From contig JADFXG010000011.1 in NCBI GenBank assembly GCA_015233895.1, positions 37,212-101,211 on the forward strand: 64,000 nt of DNA, in the 5' to 3' direction. The notes beneath the pieces are model-generated. The model was not told the DNA's origin. It saw nothing but the letters and a program-made list of their open reading frames with translations, and ran no database searches. Shown here one piece after another: positions 63,944-64,000 of the stretch. Each line of letters opens with the position of its first letter. Position 1 is the stretch's first letter. The position numbers were made by a program, and so were the translations under genes. The stretch comes from Nitrospirota bacterium. GTDB lineage: Bacteria; Nitrospirota; Thermodesulfovibrionia; Thermodesulfovibrionales; Magnetobacteriaceae.

Positions 63944-64000
63944 ACAATTTATTAAAGACAACCTTACAATAAGTGATGAGAAAGCGCCACTTATAGCTCT

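Noticed and set aside
63924-64000. Possible start of another gene overlapping the end of the TPR glycosyltransferase (MMAEKSKQFIKDNLTISDEKAPLIAL...)
   Set aside because: Only 25 codons are visible and there is no clear RBS. This is too little sequence to support a call.
1-64000. rRNA, tRNA, tmRNA, riboswitches (c-di-GMP, cobalamin) in intergenic regions and long 5' leaders
   Set aside because: I inspected intergenic regions longer than 100 bp (for example 8221-8476, 8894-9087, 34041-34210, 37585-37802, 43734-43917, 48358-48566, 58577-58841). I saw no cloverleaf-like or known riboswitch core sequences. Covariance-model scans would be needed to exclude them.

Overview
The window is about 64 kb of bacterial chromosome, AT-rich by eye, with no rRNA, tRNA, CRISPR array, transposase or integrase that I can see. 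I cannot assign the taxon from sequence alone. hgcAB and the many PAS, CHASE2 and HD-GYP sensors suggest an anaerobe. The left third (1-18.3 kb) is mixed. It holds a partial HDOD gene, a CheY-like receiver, pyrR-pyrB with a PyrR-binding leader, and a CxxCH plus cytochrome-b5-like membrane protein. It also holds a CBS protein, a CapD/PglF-like dehydratase, a stand-alone NHLP-like protein and a Cache-HAMP-PAS-HD-GYP phosphodiesterase. Next come a three-gene defence-like module (DUF262, a frameshifted AAA/DUF3696 ATPase, and an unknown gene), an LD-carboxypeptidase, and an AbrB-like/hgcA/hgcB mercury-methylation operon. The centre (18.4-48.4 kb) is a single minus-strand block and is the most unusual part of the window. 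It has seven secreted Asp-box (SxDxGxTW) beta-propeller proteins of 471-1473 aa; two of them also carry tandem InlB-B-repeat-like modules, and one of those two also carries a YVTN propeller. Each of the seven ends in the same unrecognised four-cysteine C-terminal domain of about 140 aa, which comes in two subtypes. These genes run directly into an operon encoding a FecR-domain protein with very long Ser/Gly/Thr linkers, a protein made of the C-terminal domain alone, a TPR plus beta-barrel outer-membrane protein (Slam/DUF560-like architecture), a Skp/OmpH chaperone and two CHASE2 class III adenylate cyclases. Upstream of that block (48.6-58.6 kb, also minus strand) sits a signalling operon. It encodes a 4HB-HAMP-GAF-PAS-GGDEF cyclase, a 4HB-HAMP-GAF hybrid kinase with three receivers, receiver-less CheR and CheB, and a REC-PAS-GAF kinase. 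The right end carries a PilZ-N-terminal protein, a ParA-like ATPase with a small partner, and a TMTC/PMT-like membrane glycosyltransferase with TPRs. All functional calls come from reading motifs in the supplied translations. No database search was run.
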